DNA of 35,675 nucleotides from Candidatus Limnocylindrales bacterium (GTDB taxonomy: Bacteria; Chloroflexota; Limnocylindria; Limnocylindrales; CSP1-4). Positions 25,687 to 35,226 of the stretch are shown in pieces. The DNA lies in the NCBI GenBank assembly GCA_046712485.1, contig JBKKCW010000035.1:1-35675 (forward strand), read 5' to 3'. Below the pieces are notes generated by a model. The model made no database searches, had not been told where the DNA came from, and saw only the letters and a program-made list of their open reading frames with translations. Position 1 is the stretch's first letter, and each line of letters starts with the position of its first letter. Position numbers and translations under genes: made by a program.

Positions 25687-27519
25687 CTACTTGACGGTGA
25701 CGATGACGGTCGAGCGACTCACGTCGCCCGCGACGGCGCTCGAACCGATCAACGCGTCGATGGGGACGAGGAACGGCCTGATGTCCGTCTCGTACTCGGC
25801 GCGCTCCGCCGGATCGGCGTTGGACATGGCGCCTTCGATGAGCTCCCGGACGGCGGTGACGTCGACGAAGCCGCTGCCCGTCCCCTGCCCCACCCGCGAG
25901 ATGAGCGCCTCGTAGCGGTCAGTCCTGGCGAGCGAAGTGTCCGGCGTGGTATCGAGGACGCTCCTCACGAACCCAGGCCCTGAACCCAGAACGACAACCT
26001 GATCCGTCACGGCATAGGCAAGCTCGACACGGCCAGCTGGCACGCCCGTTCCCAACATTTCGGGTGAGACGCCGGCCATGCCAGCCAGCCCGGCAAGGTC
26101 GGACAGCTCCCCGAGGTCGACGATCGTGATGGTTGTGCCCGCGTACGCCTCGTCGCGCACGGTGACACCCATCCCGGTGCCGCCCAGCGAGACGAGCGTT
26201 CGCAGGCTGGTGAACAGACGCTGGGCGGCAGCACTGTCCGTCGGTGTGATCACGAGACCACCCTCCACGCCGTTCCCCGTCCGGGTCACGGCCATCCCCA
26301 GGTCGCCGATCCAGCCGATCGCCGCGTCGGTCCCGCCGAGGACTCCGATCGCCTGATCGAAACCGTCGACGAACTCCTTGAGGCTCGGCTCCGCCCGGTA
26401 CGTATCGATGGTCTCGAGGATGCCCGCGCCATAGTCGTGGCTCACCGAGAGCGCGATGGCGCTGCTCGGCACGTGCTCGGCGACCGCCGAAGTGCGGGAG
26501 GCGGCCGCTTCGCCCTCCGGCGTTGGTGCGAGCGACTCCATGCGAAGCGCGTCGCCCTCGACCCGGAGCGCGAAGGCCATCCAATCGGGGACGAGACCTG
26601 TCAGGACGTCGCTGCCCAGACCGGGCATGCCTTCGCCACTCAGCTTGCTGGACCACTCCATGAGTGGTCGCAGGGCGAGATACACGAACCCGATGTGGTC
26701 ACCGGCGGTGGCATCGAGGGCTGCCTTGAACACGGGCGTCGTCGCGAACGTTCCCGTGCCCTTCGTGTCGACGGCCGCCTTGACGGAGACCGGGTCGCCG
26801 ATGACCGCGACCTTGCCACCGAGCACCGCGTAGGCGCCGGGCGGCTCATTGGCTCCGGCGAAATGGTGGATCGTCGCGTCGCCGTAGCTCTCGGTCGATC
26901 GTTCCGAGCCGCTCTCGCCATCGGCGATGGCCGACTCGAACCAGGCCCGGGCGGCCGCTTCGTCCTTTACCGAGACAAGACCGAGGAACCTGGCTTCCTC
27001 GAGGTTTGGATCAGCTGAGTCGACGGAGCCTGGGTCGGGCAGTGCGCCGACGCTGAAAGCGAGCTGCCCGGCGAACCACGGCTTGATGTCCGCGCTGAAC
27101 GTCTCATTTCCGGCGGTTGCCTCGCCGACGAGCCGGTCGAGGACTTCGTCGATCTTGGTCTCGATCGTCGACTGGTCCGCGAAGCCCGGGAACTTGGAGA
27201 GAAATTCGCCGACCGCCTGACGTTGATCGCCCGGCAGGTCCATCCGGAATTCGCCGTACATGATCGAGTCGCTCGGGACATACCCGAGGACGGTGGCATC
27301 CGCGGCGCGGCCGCTGAACAGGCTGAACGCCAGCGCGGATACGACGACAAGCACGCCGATGATGCCGGCCGCGATCATCCAGCGCTGACGTCCGGCGCTT
27401 GGATCGACCTGTGTGGTTGGCACCTGGGACGCGAGGACGTTGGCTTCCGTGAAGCTGCCGGCGGTGGTGTCGGCCCCATGCGGCGGCGTGATCGTGGTTC
27501 TGTCGAGATCGTCGGTCAT
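25687..27519 (-). CDS. Uncharacterised membrane-anchored protein with a large extracytoplasmic domain (possibly DUF3352-like)
   Basis: A 610-aa ORF. The ATG lies 23 nt after the ffh stop, with GAGGGGAG upstream. It has a ~45-aa N-terminal region, one predicted transmembrane helix ([22 protein letters not shown]), and then ~540 aa with no catalytic motif I recognise. Third-position G/C bias is like its neighbours. The DUF3352 assignment is from memory of the N-terminal pattern and is not verified. Confidence 0.8.
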   Translation of the reverse strand: MTDDLDRTTITPPHGADTTAGSFTEANVLASQVPTTQVDPSAGRQRWMIAAGIIGVLVVVSALAFSLFSGRAADATVLGYVPSDSIMYGEFRMDLPGDQRQAVGEFLSKFPGFADQSTIETKIDEVLDRLVGEATAGNETFSADIKPWFAGQLAFSVGALPDPGSVDSADPNLEEARFLGLVSVKDEAAARAWFESAIADGESGSERSTESYGDATIHHFAGANEPPGAYAVLGGKVAVIGDPVSVKAAVDTKGTGTFATTPVFKAALDATAGDHIGFVYLALRPLMEWSSKLSGEGMPGLGSDVLTGLVPDWMAFALRVEGDALRMESLAPTPEGEAAASRTSAVAEHVPSSAIALSVSHDYGAGILETIDTYRAEPSLKEFVDGFDQAIGVLGGTDAAIGWIGDLGMAVTRTGNGVEGGLVITPTDSAAAQRLFTSLRTLVSLGGTGMGVTVRDEAYAGTTITIVDLGELSDLAGLAGMAGVSPEMLGTGVPAGRVELAYAVTDQVVVLGSGPGFVRSVLDTTPDTSLARTDRYEALISRVGQGTGSGFVDVTAVRELIEGAMSNADPAERAEYETDIRPFLVPIDALIGSSAVAGDVSRSTVIVTVK

Positions 27520-27542
27520 GTTGGTTGCTCCCCTCTACCGGT

Positions 27543-28874
27543 TCAGCGCCGGCCCGTCAGCGCGCCGAGGGCGGCCCGTTTGCCACCGCCGGAGAGCTGC
27601 TTCATCAGCTTTTGCATCTCGCCGAATTGCTTCACCAGACGGTTCACGTCGGGCAGGTTGGTGCCGGATCCGGCGGCGATCCGCCGGCGTCGCGACGCGT
27701 TGAGAATGGCCGGATCGCGCCGTTCGGTCGTCGTCATGGCCCGGATGATCGCTTCGGTCCGCTTGAGGTCGCCGCGATCGACCGCGGCCTGGGCCTCCCC
27801 GGCAAGGTTGCCCATCCCGGGGATCATCGACATGACCTGCCCGAGCGGGCCCATCTTCTGCATCTGCTGCATCGATTCGAGCATGTCGTCCAGCGTGAAC
27901 GATGCCTTGCGCAGCTTTTCCTCGAGCTTGGCGGCCTGGTTCTGGTCCACGACCTCCTGCGCCCGCTCGACGAGCGTGAGGATGTCGCCCATCCCGAGGA
28001 TCCGGCCGGCAAGACGGTCTGGGTGAAAAAGCTCCAGCGCATCGGTCTTCTCGCCGGTCCCTAGGAACTTGACCGGGACGCCGGTCACGGCCGAGATCGA
28101 GAGCGCCGCGCCGCCTCTTGCGTCGCCATCGATCTTGGTCAGGATCAGACCGGTCACTGGCACGGCCGCAGCGAACGCCCCCGCCACGGAGACGGCCTCC
28201 TGGCCGGTCATGGCGTCGACCACGAGCAGGGTCTCGACTGGTTTGACGGCGGCGTTGACGGCGGCAATCTCGGCCATGAGCTCGTCGTCAATCGATAGGC
28301 GGCCGGCCGTGTCCAGGATGACGACGTCCCGCACCTGGCGCTTCGCGGCGTCAACGCCGCCACGGGCGATGTCGACAACCGAGGTTCCCACCGGCGCGCG
28401 ATAGACCGGGATGTTCAGCTGCTTGCCGAGGATCTCGAGCTGGTCCGCAGCCGCCGGTCGATACGGGTCCGCCGCCACGAGCAACGGTCGCCGGCCGAGC
28501 TTGACCACATGGCGGGCAAGCTTGGCGGTGGATGTCGTCTTGCCCGATCCCTGGAGGCCGACCATCGCCACGACCGCGGGGTTGCCGCTCAGGTGGAAGG
28601 TCCGGTCGCCCGCCGACAGCAGCTCGACGAGCTCGTCGTTGACGATCTTGACCACCTGCTGGCCGGCCGACAGGCTGCCCAGCACCTCGTGTCCGATCGC
28701 TCGCTCACGGACCCGCGCGACGAAATCCTTGACCACGCGGAAGTTGACGTCGGCCTCGAGGAGCGCCAGCCGCACGTCGCGCATCGCGGCATCGACGTCG
28801 GCTTCACTGATCCGGCCGCGGCCAGTCAGGGTGCCAAGCGTCTTTCGCAGGCGCTCGCTCAGCGTGTCGAACAT
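27543..28874 (-). CDS. ffh: Signal recognition particle protein Ffh
   Basis: From the ATG at 28874 the sequence is MFDTLSERLRKTLGTLTGRGRISEADVDAAMRDVRLALLEADVN. The G-domain motifs are GLQGSGKTTSTAKLA, DTAGR and TKIDGDARGGAALS. The Met-rich M-domain reads MGPLGQVMSMIPGMG. The 41 upstream codons in the track ORF are non-homologous. Confidence 0.97.
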   Translation of the reverse strand: MFDTLSERLRKTLGTLTGRGRISEADVDAAMRDVRLALLEADVNFRVVKDFVARVRERAIGHEVLGSLSAGQQVVKIVNDELVELLSAGDRTFHLSGNPAVVAMVGLQGSGKTTSTAKLARHVVKLGRRPLLVAADPYRPAAADQLEILGKQLNIPVYRAPVGTSVVDIARGGVDAAKRQVRDVVILDTAGRLSIDDELMAEIAAVNAAVKPVETLLVVDAMTGQEAVSVAGAFAAAVPVTGLILTKIDGDARGGAALSISAVTGVPVKFLGTGEKTDALELFHPDRLAGRILGMGDILTLVERAQEVVDQNQAAKLEEKLRKASFTLDDMLESMQQMQKMGPLGQVMSMIPGMGNLAGEAQAAVDRGDLKRTEAIIRAMTTTERRDPAILNASRRRRIAAGSGTNLPDVNRLVKQFGEMQKLMKQLSGGGKRAALGALTGRR

Positions 28875-28892
28875 GGTGCGGGTGAGGGACTC

Positions 28893-28918
28893 CGTCAGGT
28901 GGTGGAACCAACCTGACG
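28893..28918 (-). promoter_or_regulatory. 8-bp hairpin in the ffh 5' leader / ffh-MFS divergent region
   Basis: A perfect inverted repeat CGTCAGGT-10 nt-ACCTGACG, 19 nt upstream of the ffh ATG. A second 6-bp stem (GGTGCG...CGCACC) lies at about 28937-28958. Confidence 0.35.
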
Positions 28919-28968
28919 TACCGCCAGGCCGGTTTGGTGCGCGGGTTCTGACGCACCGAGGCCAACGG

Positions 28969-28974
28969 AGTCTA
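28969..28974 (-). promoter_or_regulatory. Candidate -10 element (TAGACT) for ffh
   Basis: The minus strand reads CCTGCGCTAGACTCC. It shares the GCTAnACTCC core with the rpsB and rplS elements. It lies about 95 nt upstream of the ffh ATG. Confidence 0.3.
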
Positions 28975-28981
28975 GCGCAGG

Positions 28982-30358
28982 GTGCCACGAGCGTCATTCC
29001 GGGCGATATGCTCCGGCCCCGTGCGCAACCCCTTCAGCTCCCCACTGTGGCGGAACACCGCCTTCGTCCGCGTCTGGGGCGCGGCCACGATCTCGATCTT
29101 CGGTTCACTTGTCACCCGGATCGCCCTGCCGCTTGCGGCAATCCTGATCCTCGGCGCCGGCGCCTTCGAAGTCGCGGTCCTGCGTGGCCTGGAGCTGGGC
29201 GCCGCGCTGCTTGTGGGCCTGGTCGCTGGCGCCTGGGTGGACCGGCTCCGACGGCGACCCGTGCTGATCTGGGCCGATCTTGGTCGGGCGGCGCTGCTTG
29301 CCTCGATCCCCGTCGCGTTCGCCCTCGGCGCCCTGACGTTGTGGCAGCTGTTCGCGGTCTCCGGCCTCGCCGCGATTCTGACGGCATTCTTCGATGCCGC
29401 CGACAACGCGTACCTGCCGTCGATCGTCGAACGCGAGCGACTTGTCGACGCGAATGGAGCGCTGGCCGCCAGCGGCTCGGCCGCCGAGTTCATGGCCTTC
29501 GGGATCAGCGGCTTCCTGGTCCAGCTGTTGACCGCGCCACTGGCGATCCTGGTCGATGCCCTGTCGTTTCTGGGATCCGCCCTGCTGCTCGGGTCAATCA
29601 AGCACGCGGAGGAACCGCCGCCATCCAAGGCCGATCGCGAACCCGTCCTCGACGAGATCCGGGACGGGCTGCGACTTGTCATTCACGATCCCGTGCTGCG
29701 GGCATTCGCCGGCGCCCAGATGGCGCTCTCGGCGCTGTGGGGCATCTTCGGCGCCACGTGGTTCCTGTTCGTGCTCGAGGAGCTCGAGCTGGGACCTGCC
29801 GTTCTCGGGGTCGTGGCCGGTGTCGGCGGCTTCTCATCATTCATCGGGGCGGTCGTGGCCTCGCGCGCGACGCGGCGCTGGGGAATCGGGCCGGTCGCGA
29901 TCTGGGCGATGGTCCTGTCCGCGATCGGGAACGCGTTCATCCCGCTGGCGCCAGCGGGTCTGCCCCTGCTTGCTATCGGCTGTCTCGTGATGCAGCAGCT
30001 CGTCGCGGACTCGGCCGTCACGGTCTACGACATCACGGAGGTCTCGGTCCGCCAGACGCTTGTGCGCGACCGGGCGCTCGGACGGGTGGCCTCCACCTTC
30101 CAGGTCGCCTCGGGCCTCGCACAACTCGTTGCCACGCTCGGCGCCGGGATCCTCGCCGAGGCGATCGGGCTTCGTGCGACGTCGTGGCTTGCCCCGTTGG
30201 GCGGGTTGCTGGCGGCGGGCATCCTGTGGGCGTCGCCGGTACGTGCGCTCCTCGTCCTGCCCGAGCGGCCAGCCGAGGAAACGGGCATGTCGGGGGCACC
30301 GGCCGACCCGGCGGTGGCCGCGATGAAAGCGGAGCGCGATCAGCCCGTTGGCGGATGA
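28982..30358 (+). CDS. MFS transporter (MFS_3 / EntS-like family pattern)
   Basis: A 458-aa ORF with about 12 hydrophobic segments. The N-terminus is WRNTAFVRVWGAATISIFGSLVTRIALPL, and the loop 2-3 motif is GAWVDRLRRRP. The start is uncertain: GTG at 28982 (track) or the in-frame GTG at 29021. Confidence 0.85.
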   Translation: MPRASFRAICSGPVRNPFSSPLWRNTAFVRVWGAATISIFGSLVTRIALPLAAILILGAGAFEVAVLRGLELGAALLVGLVAGAWVDRLRRRPVLIWADLGRAALLASIPVAFALGALTLWQLFAVSGLAAILTAFFDAADNAYLPSIVERERLVDANGALAASGSAAEFMAFGISGFLVQLLTAPLAILVDALSFLGSALLLGSIKHAEEPPPSKADREPVLDEIRDGLRLVIHDPVLRAFAGAQMALSALWGIFGATWFLFVLEELELGPAVLGVVAGVGGFSSFIGAVVASRATRRWGIGPVAIWAMVLSAIGNAFIPLAPAGLPLLAIGCLVMQQLVADSAVTVYDITEVSVRQTLVRDRALGRVASTFQVASGLAQLVATLGAGILAEAIGLRATSWLAPLGGLLAAGILWASPVRALLVLPERPAEETGMSGAPADPAVAAMKAERDQPVGG

Positions 30359-30367
30359 CGACCCGAG

Positions 30368-31468
30368 TCAGGCGAACAGCGCCGCGACGAAGGCGTCGGG
30401 GTCGAACGGGACCAGGTCCGCGACGCCCTCGCCGACTCCGACGAACCGGACCGGCACCTCGAGCGCGTTCTCGATCGCAAAGACGATGCCGCCCTTGGCG
30501 GTCGAGTCGAGCTTGGTCAGCACGATCCCGGTCAGCCCGACAGCTTCATGGAACGCCTTCGCCTGGGCAAGGCCGTTCTGCCCGGTCGTGGCATCGAGCA
30601 CGAACAGGATCTCCGGTGTCGCGCCGGGCAGCCGTTTGTCCACGATCCGCCGGATCTTGGCCAGCTCGTCCATCAGGTTCGTCCGCGTATGGAGCCGGCC
30701 GGCCGTGTCGGCGATGACCAGGTCGGCGCCACGGGCGACGGCGGCGTCGAGCGCGTCGTAGACGACAGCGCCGGGATCGGCTCCCGGCGCGTGCGCAACC
30801 ACAGGGACATGGGCGCGGTCCGCCCATATCCGCAGCTGCTCGATGGCCGCGGCCCGGAATGTATCGGCGGCGGCGAGGATGATCGATCGACCATCGGCCG
30901 CGTACCGGCTGGCGAGCTTGCCGATCGTCGTCGTCTTGCCCGTGCCGTTGACCCCCACCACGAGCACGACCGCAGGCCCGTCACCGGTCGCCGGTCGCGG
31001 GGTCCAGTCGATATCGCGCGCCACGAGGAGGGCGGCGAGCTCCGCTCGAATGGCCGCCTCCGGGCCACCCGGGTCGCGCCTTGATCGGGCCCGCTCCACG
31101 AGCTCGATCGCCAGGCCCGCGCCGACGTCGCCCGCGATGAGCGCCTCTTCGACGTCGTCCCAGGACGGGCCGCCGATCTCTGCGGCGCCGAGGAAGCCTC
31201 GTAACCTGGACATGAACCCACCCCGCGTCCGCTCGAGACCGGCGTCGAGCGCTTCACCGGGCTGGCGGAGGGTTGGCGCGCCGTCCGGGAGGGGGCCGGC
31301 CGCGGGCGCCGCGGCGGCGTCTACCGCGGCGGGCGCGAGGGGGGCGTCGAGATCGGCCGGGTCGGGTTCCCACGGCTGGGCCTCGGGCCCGAGCGCCTCG
31401 GGCTCGGGCGCCTCAACTTCCTCGGTCGCGGTGGTGGCCTCGTCGTCGCGGCGTCGCCAGAAACGCAT
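30368..31468 (-). CDS. ftsY: Signal recognition particle receptor FtsY
   Basis: A 366-aa ORF with an ATG start. It has an acidic N-terminal region followed by the NG domain: VVGVNGTGKTTTIGKLA, AADTFRAAAIEQL, DTAGRLH and TKLDSTAKGG. Confidence 0.95.
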   Translation of the reverse strand: MRFWRRRDDEATTATEEVEAPEPEALGPEAQPWEPDPADLDAPLAPAAVDAAAAPAAGPLPDGAPTLRQPGEALDAGLERTRGGFMSRLRGFLGAAEIGGPSWDDVEEALIAGDVGAGLAIELVERARSRRDPGGPEAAIRAELAALLVARDIDWTPRPATGDGPAVVLVVGVNGTGKTTTIGKLASRYAADGRSIILAAADTFRAAAIEQLRIWADRAHVPVVAHAPGADPGAVVYDALDAAVARGADLVIADTAGRLHTRTNLMDELAKIRRIVDKRLPGATPEILFVLDATTGQNGLAQAKAFHEAVGLTGIVLTKLDSTAKGGIVFAIENALEVPVRFVGVGEGVADLVPFDPDAFVAALFA

Positions 31469-31479
31469 GCTCGATCAGC

Positions 31480-34400
31480 CTACCCGGCTGGCGCGAGTTC
31501 GGTCCGATCCCGAACGGCCAGAGCCTGCGCCTCGTCGAGCCGGAGGCTGATCACCCGGCTCACCGAATCATCCCCCGCCGTCACCCCGTAGAGCGCGTCC
31601 GCGGCCTCGATCGTGCCGCGGTTGTGGGTGATGACGATGAACTGCGTCTGGTGGGCGAGGCTCCGCAATGCGTCCGCGAACCGGCCGATGTTCGCCTCGT
31701 CGAGTGCGGCGTCCACCTCGTCGAGCACGCAGAACGGGACAGGCCGGACCTCGAGCATGGCGAACAGCAGGGCGACCGCGGTCAACGCCCGCTCGCCTCC
31801 TGACAACATCGCGAGCGCCTGTGGCTTCTTGCCCGGAGGACGGGCGACGATCTCGACGCCGCTGGCCCCGATGTCGGTCGGGTCGGTCAGCGACAACCTG
31901 GCAAACCCACCGCCGAACAGCTGCTCGAAACGTCGGGCAAAGGCGGTCTCGAGCGCTTGGAAGGTTGCTCCGAATCGGTCGCCGATCATGGTGTCGAGCT
32001 CGGCAATCAGGTCCCGGGTACGGGCGATCGCGGTCTGGAGGTCGGCGGCCTGGCCCTCGAGCGTCTCGAGGCGCCCCCGCACCTCGGCATATTCGTCGAC
32101 GGCGAATGGGTTCACGGCGCCCAGGTCGTGGAACCGGCGGCGCAGCTGCCCGAGCCGGACGGCGCTCGGTGGTGGACCGGTGGGCGGTTGAGCGGCCCAG
32201 ACCGCGGCGACATCGGACAGTGCCGCTTCGAGCGCGGCGACGTCGTCCGAAATGCCGGCCTCATCGTCCGCTTTTCGTTCCGAACCTGCGTCCATCGCGT
32301 TCGCGGCGCCGGGCCCTGTCGATTCCCCGGCCACGGCGCGCAGGTGACGGACGGCAACCTCGCCGAGCCCTGCCAGCTCGACGATGACGCCCTCGCGGAG
32401 CGATTCGATCCCGAGCCGTGCCTCCAGATCCGCGTGATCGGCCGCTCGCAGACGCTCGTCGGCGACGCGCAGTCGGTCCCGGGTCGTCCCGGCATCACGC
32501 TCCGCCTGCGCGAGCCGTTCCCGCTCGGTCGATTCGGCGTGGCGGGCCGCGCTGAGCGCCTCGCGCGCCGCCGTCTCACGGGCGGTCGCCGCGGCGATCT
32601 CATCTCCAAGCGCGTCCCGTTCCTCGCTCATGGCACGCTCCCGGTCCACCAGGCTCGCGAGATCGCGCTCGATCCGCGTGACCCGCTCCTCGGCGAGGCT
32701 GAGCGCGGCTTCGGCACGCGTGCGGCGGTGTTCCGCGTCCCGTCGCTCGGCGTCTCGCTCGGCGCGCTGCTCGGCCAGTCGATCGCGCCGCGCTCGAAGC
32801 TCGATCGTGCGGGCTTCCCAGGCAGCCAGTCCCCCGCCAACCGGGTCGGTCGCGGGCTGGGCAGTTGTGTTGGCCGCCGGCGGTTCCCCGCTCGCCGCGT
32901 GGCCCGGGCCAGGCTCGAGGGCGTCGACCGCCGCGCGCTCGTTCTCGAGATCGATGACCAGGCGGCGTCTCTGCGCCTCGTGCCAGGCGACTTCCCGCGC
33001 CACCGTCTCGAGCTGGCGCGCCGCGAGGCGTTCGGCCTCCTCTGCCGCGCGCCGCGCGGCCCTCGATCGGCTGTCATCGGCGCGCGCCCGTTCGACCTCG
33101 TCGACCGCGGCGGTCGCCTCGATTGCCGCCGCGGACGCGGACGCGGTCGCGGTCGCAAGGTCAGCCTCCAGACCATCGACCCGCGCCGCCAGCCGGGCGA
33201 CCTCGGCCCGGCGCTCAAGGACGGACTCGGCGGCGCCGAGGGTGACGGCAACATCGGTCAGGACCGCGCCGCCGTCGCGCGGTACGGCGATCCATCCCGG
33301 CGGCATGGATGACTGGATGGCCAGACAGGTCACCAGATCCGGGAGCCACGCGGCCCGCGCCAGGAGCCGGCGAGCTGCGCCGCCTGGATCGCGCCGAACC
33401 GCGGCATCGAGCGACCCGCCACCCTCGGTCACGAGACGGTCGCGGAACCGGCGCTCGCGCGAGTCATCCGCGGAGGGGGCGTCGGACGCGCGTTCCGAAA
33501 CCACGACGGTCCCTCGTTCGCCCGACACGGCCGCAACCGAATCGAGACCGATGATGTATGCGCGGGTGGCGTCGGCCAGGGCCGCCTCGACCGCGGTCCG
33601 GAAGGCCGGATCGACATCGAGGTCCTCATCCACGCGCCGACCACCGACGCGCCTCGCGGCCCGGGCGATTCCCCGTGCCTCCTCATCAGCGAGACGCGCC
33701 GTCAGCGAATCCAGCTGGGCATGCAACGCCGACAGCGCCGCGCCGATCCCGACTACCTGCTCATCCGCCGCGGCCTTAGCCGCTTCCGCCACGGTCGCAC
33801 GCTCGCGAGCGACCTCGCGTCTTCGAGCAGCGGCCTGTTCGTCGCCCTGGCGAGCCGCCAGTGCCGCGGTCGCTCGTTCGAGGACCCCCTCCAGCTCGGC
33901 ACGACGAAGCGCTGCGGCGCGAAGCTGGGCCGTTTCCTCGGCGAGACGTCGATCGGCCTCGGTGAGACGTCGGCGAGCGGTCGCCATCTCGGCCTCCCGG
34001 GCCGCCGCCGCGCGCCGGATTGCGGCCAGCTCCTGGCCCTGCGCCTGTTGCGCACCGCGCAGCGCCGCGAGCTCCTCGAGCGCGCCCGTGAGCGCATGTT
34101 CGGCGTCGGTCAGCGACGCCTCCAGCTCGACGTCGCGAGGCGGGAGCGGCGCGGCGAGGATTCGTCGTGCGCTGGCCAGCTCGGACTCCGCGGACGAACG
34201 CTCGGCGAGGAGGCGGTCGCGGTCCCGACCTATCCCGTCCATCTCCGACGTCAGCCGCGCGCTGCGAAGCTGCGCCTCGGTGACGAGTGCCTGCGCCCGT
34301 TCCAGGGTCTCGCTCCGCGCCCGCTCGTCGTCCGCCCGAGCCGTCCGCTCCTGCGCCAACCGCGCCGCAGTCGCCTCGGCCACCGCCAGTTCAGCCAGCG

Positions 34401-35226
34401 CTCGCTCGACGTCCCTCTGGGCGCGTGCCCTCGTCTCGCCCGCAGCAGCGACCCGACCAGCGGCCTCGAACCAGCGGGCATGCATGGATGCGATCAACGC
34501 GGTCGCCAGCTCGTCCGCGGTCGTCTGGCGGGATGCCTGCTGCTCGGCCTGGACAGCAAGCCGTCGCGCCTGCGGGCGCAGCTCACCAAGGATGTCTTCG
34601 ACTCGCGCCAGGTTGGCCTCGGACTCGACGAGCTGCTCCTCGGCCCGGCGCCGGCGGCGCTCATGACGGCGCACCCCGGCAACCTCGTCGAACAGCGGCC
34701 GTCGCTCCTCCGGTCGAAGGGCGAGCGCCTGGTCGACCATGCCCTGGCCGATGAACAGGAACGCGTTGTCCGCCAGGTGCGCCGAGTCGAGCAGATCCAC
34801 GAGCTCGCGCAAGCGAATCCGGGTCTTGTTGAGGAGGTAGTCGTTCTCGCCCGATCTGTACAGGCGGCGCCCAAGCTCCAGAACCTGGTAATCGACGGGC
34901 AGGAGACCGTCGGCGTTGTCGATGACCAGGGTCACATCGGCCATTCCCTGGGCGGGACGCTTCTCCGAACCGGCCCAGATGACGTCCTCCGACTTACGCG
35001 ACCGGAGCGCTCGGCCCTGTTCCCCGAGCGCCCAGCGCAGGGCATCGGCCAGGTTGCTCTTGCCCGATCCGTTCGGCCCGACGACCGCGCTGATGCCCGG
35101 GCCGAATTCGACGTTGGTCCGTTCGGCAAAGGACTTGAACCCGTGAACGCGGAGGGCGAGCAGCCGCGGCTCGGCTCGATGGTCCGCGTGCGGGACGGAT
35201 GGCGCGTCGGTCCGCTCGATCGTCAT
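31480..35226 (-). CDS. smc: Chromosome segregation protein SMC
   Basis: A 1248-aa ORF. It has a Walker A motif (VVGPNGSGKSNLADALRWALGEQ) and long Ala/Arg/Glu coiled coils. The hinge region is not inspected in detail. The C-terminal signature and Walker B read LSGGERALTAVALLFAMLEVRPVPFCVLDEVDAALD. The ATG overlaps the rnc stop (ATGA). Confidence 0.97.
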   Translation of the reverse strand: MTIERTDAPSVPHADHRAEPRLLALRVHGFKSFAERTNVEFGPGISAVVGPNGSGKSNLADALRWALGEQGRALRSRKSEDVIWAGSEKRPAQGMADVTLVIDNADGLLPVDYQVLELGRRLYRSGENDYLLNKTRIRLRELVDLLDSAHLADNAFLFIGQGMVDQALALRPEERRPLFDEVAGVRRHERRRRRAEEQLVESEANLARVEDILGELRPQARRLAVQAEQQASRQTTADELATALIASMHARWFEAAGRVAAAGETRARAQRDVERALAELAVAEATAARLAQERTARADDERARSETLERAQALVTEAQLRSARLTSEMDGIGRDRDRLLAERSSAESELASARRILAAPLPPRDVELEASLTDAEHALTGALEELAALRGAQQAQGQELAAIRRAAAAREAEMATARRRLTEADRRLAEETAQLRAAALRRAELEGVLERATAALAARQGDEQAAARRREVARERATVAEAAKAAADEQVVGIGAALSALHAQLDSLTARLADEEARGIARAARRVGGRRVDEDLDVDPAFRTAVEAALADATRAYIIGLDSVAAVSGERGTVVVSERASDAPSADDSRERRFRDRLVTEGGGSLDAAVRRDPGGAARRLLARAAWLPDLVTCLAIQSSMPPGWIAVPRDGGAVLTDVAVTLGAAESVLERRAEVARLAARVDGLEADLATATASASAAAIEATAAVDEVERARADDSRSRAARRAAEEAERLAARQLETVAREVAWHEAQRRRLVIDLENERAAVDALEPGPGHAASGEPPAANTTAQPATDPVGGGLAAWEARTIELRARRDRLAEQRAERDAERRDAEHRRTRAEAALSLAEERVTRIERDLASLVDRERAMSEERDALGDEIAAATARETAAREALSAARHAESTERERLAQAERDAGTTRDRLRVADERLRAADHADLEARLGIESLREGVIVELAGLGEVAVRHLRAVAGESTGPGAANAMDAGSERKADDEAGISDDVAALEAALSDVAAVWAAQPPTGPPPSAVRLGQLRRRFHDLGAVNPFAVDEYAEVRGRLETLEGQAADLQTAIARTRDLIAELDTMIGDRFGATFQALETAFARRFEQLFGGGFARLSLTDPTDIGASGVEIVARPPGKKPQALAMLSGGERALTAVALLFAMLEVRPVPFCVLDEVDAALDEANIGRFADALRSLAHQTQFIVITHNRGTIEAADALYGVTAGDDSVSRVISLRLDEAQALAVRDRTELAPAG

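Noticed and set aside
28411-30717. A 768-aa plus-strand ORF spanning the ffh 5' end, the MFS gene (in another frame) and the ftsY 3' end.
   Set aside because: It is an Arg/Pro/Gly-rich nonsense translation. The MFS frame (28982..30358) and the minus-strand ffh and ftsY frames carry the real signals.
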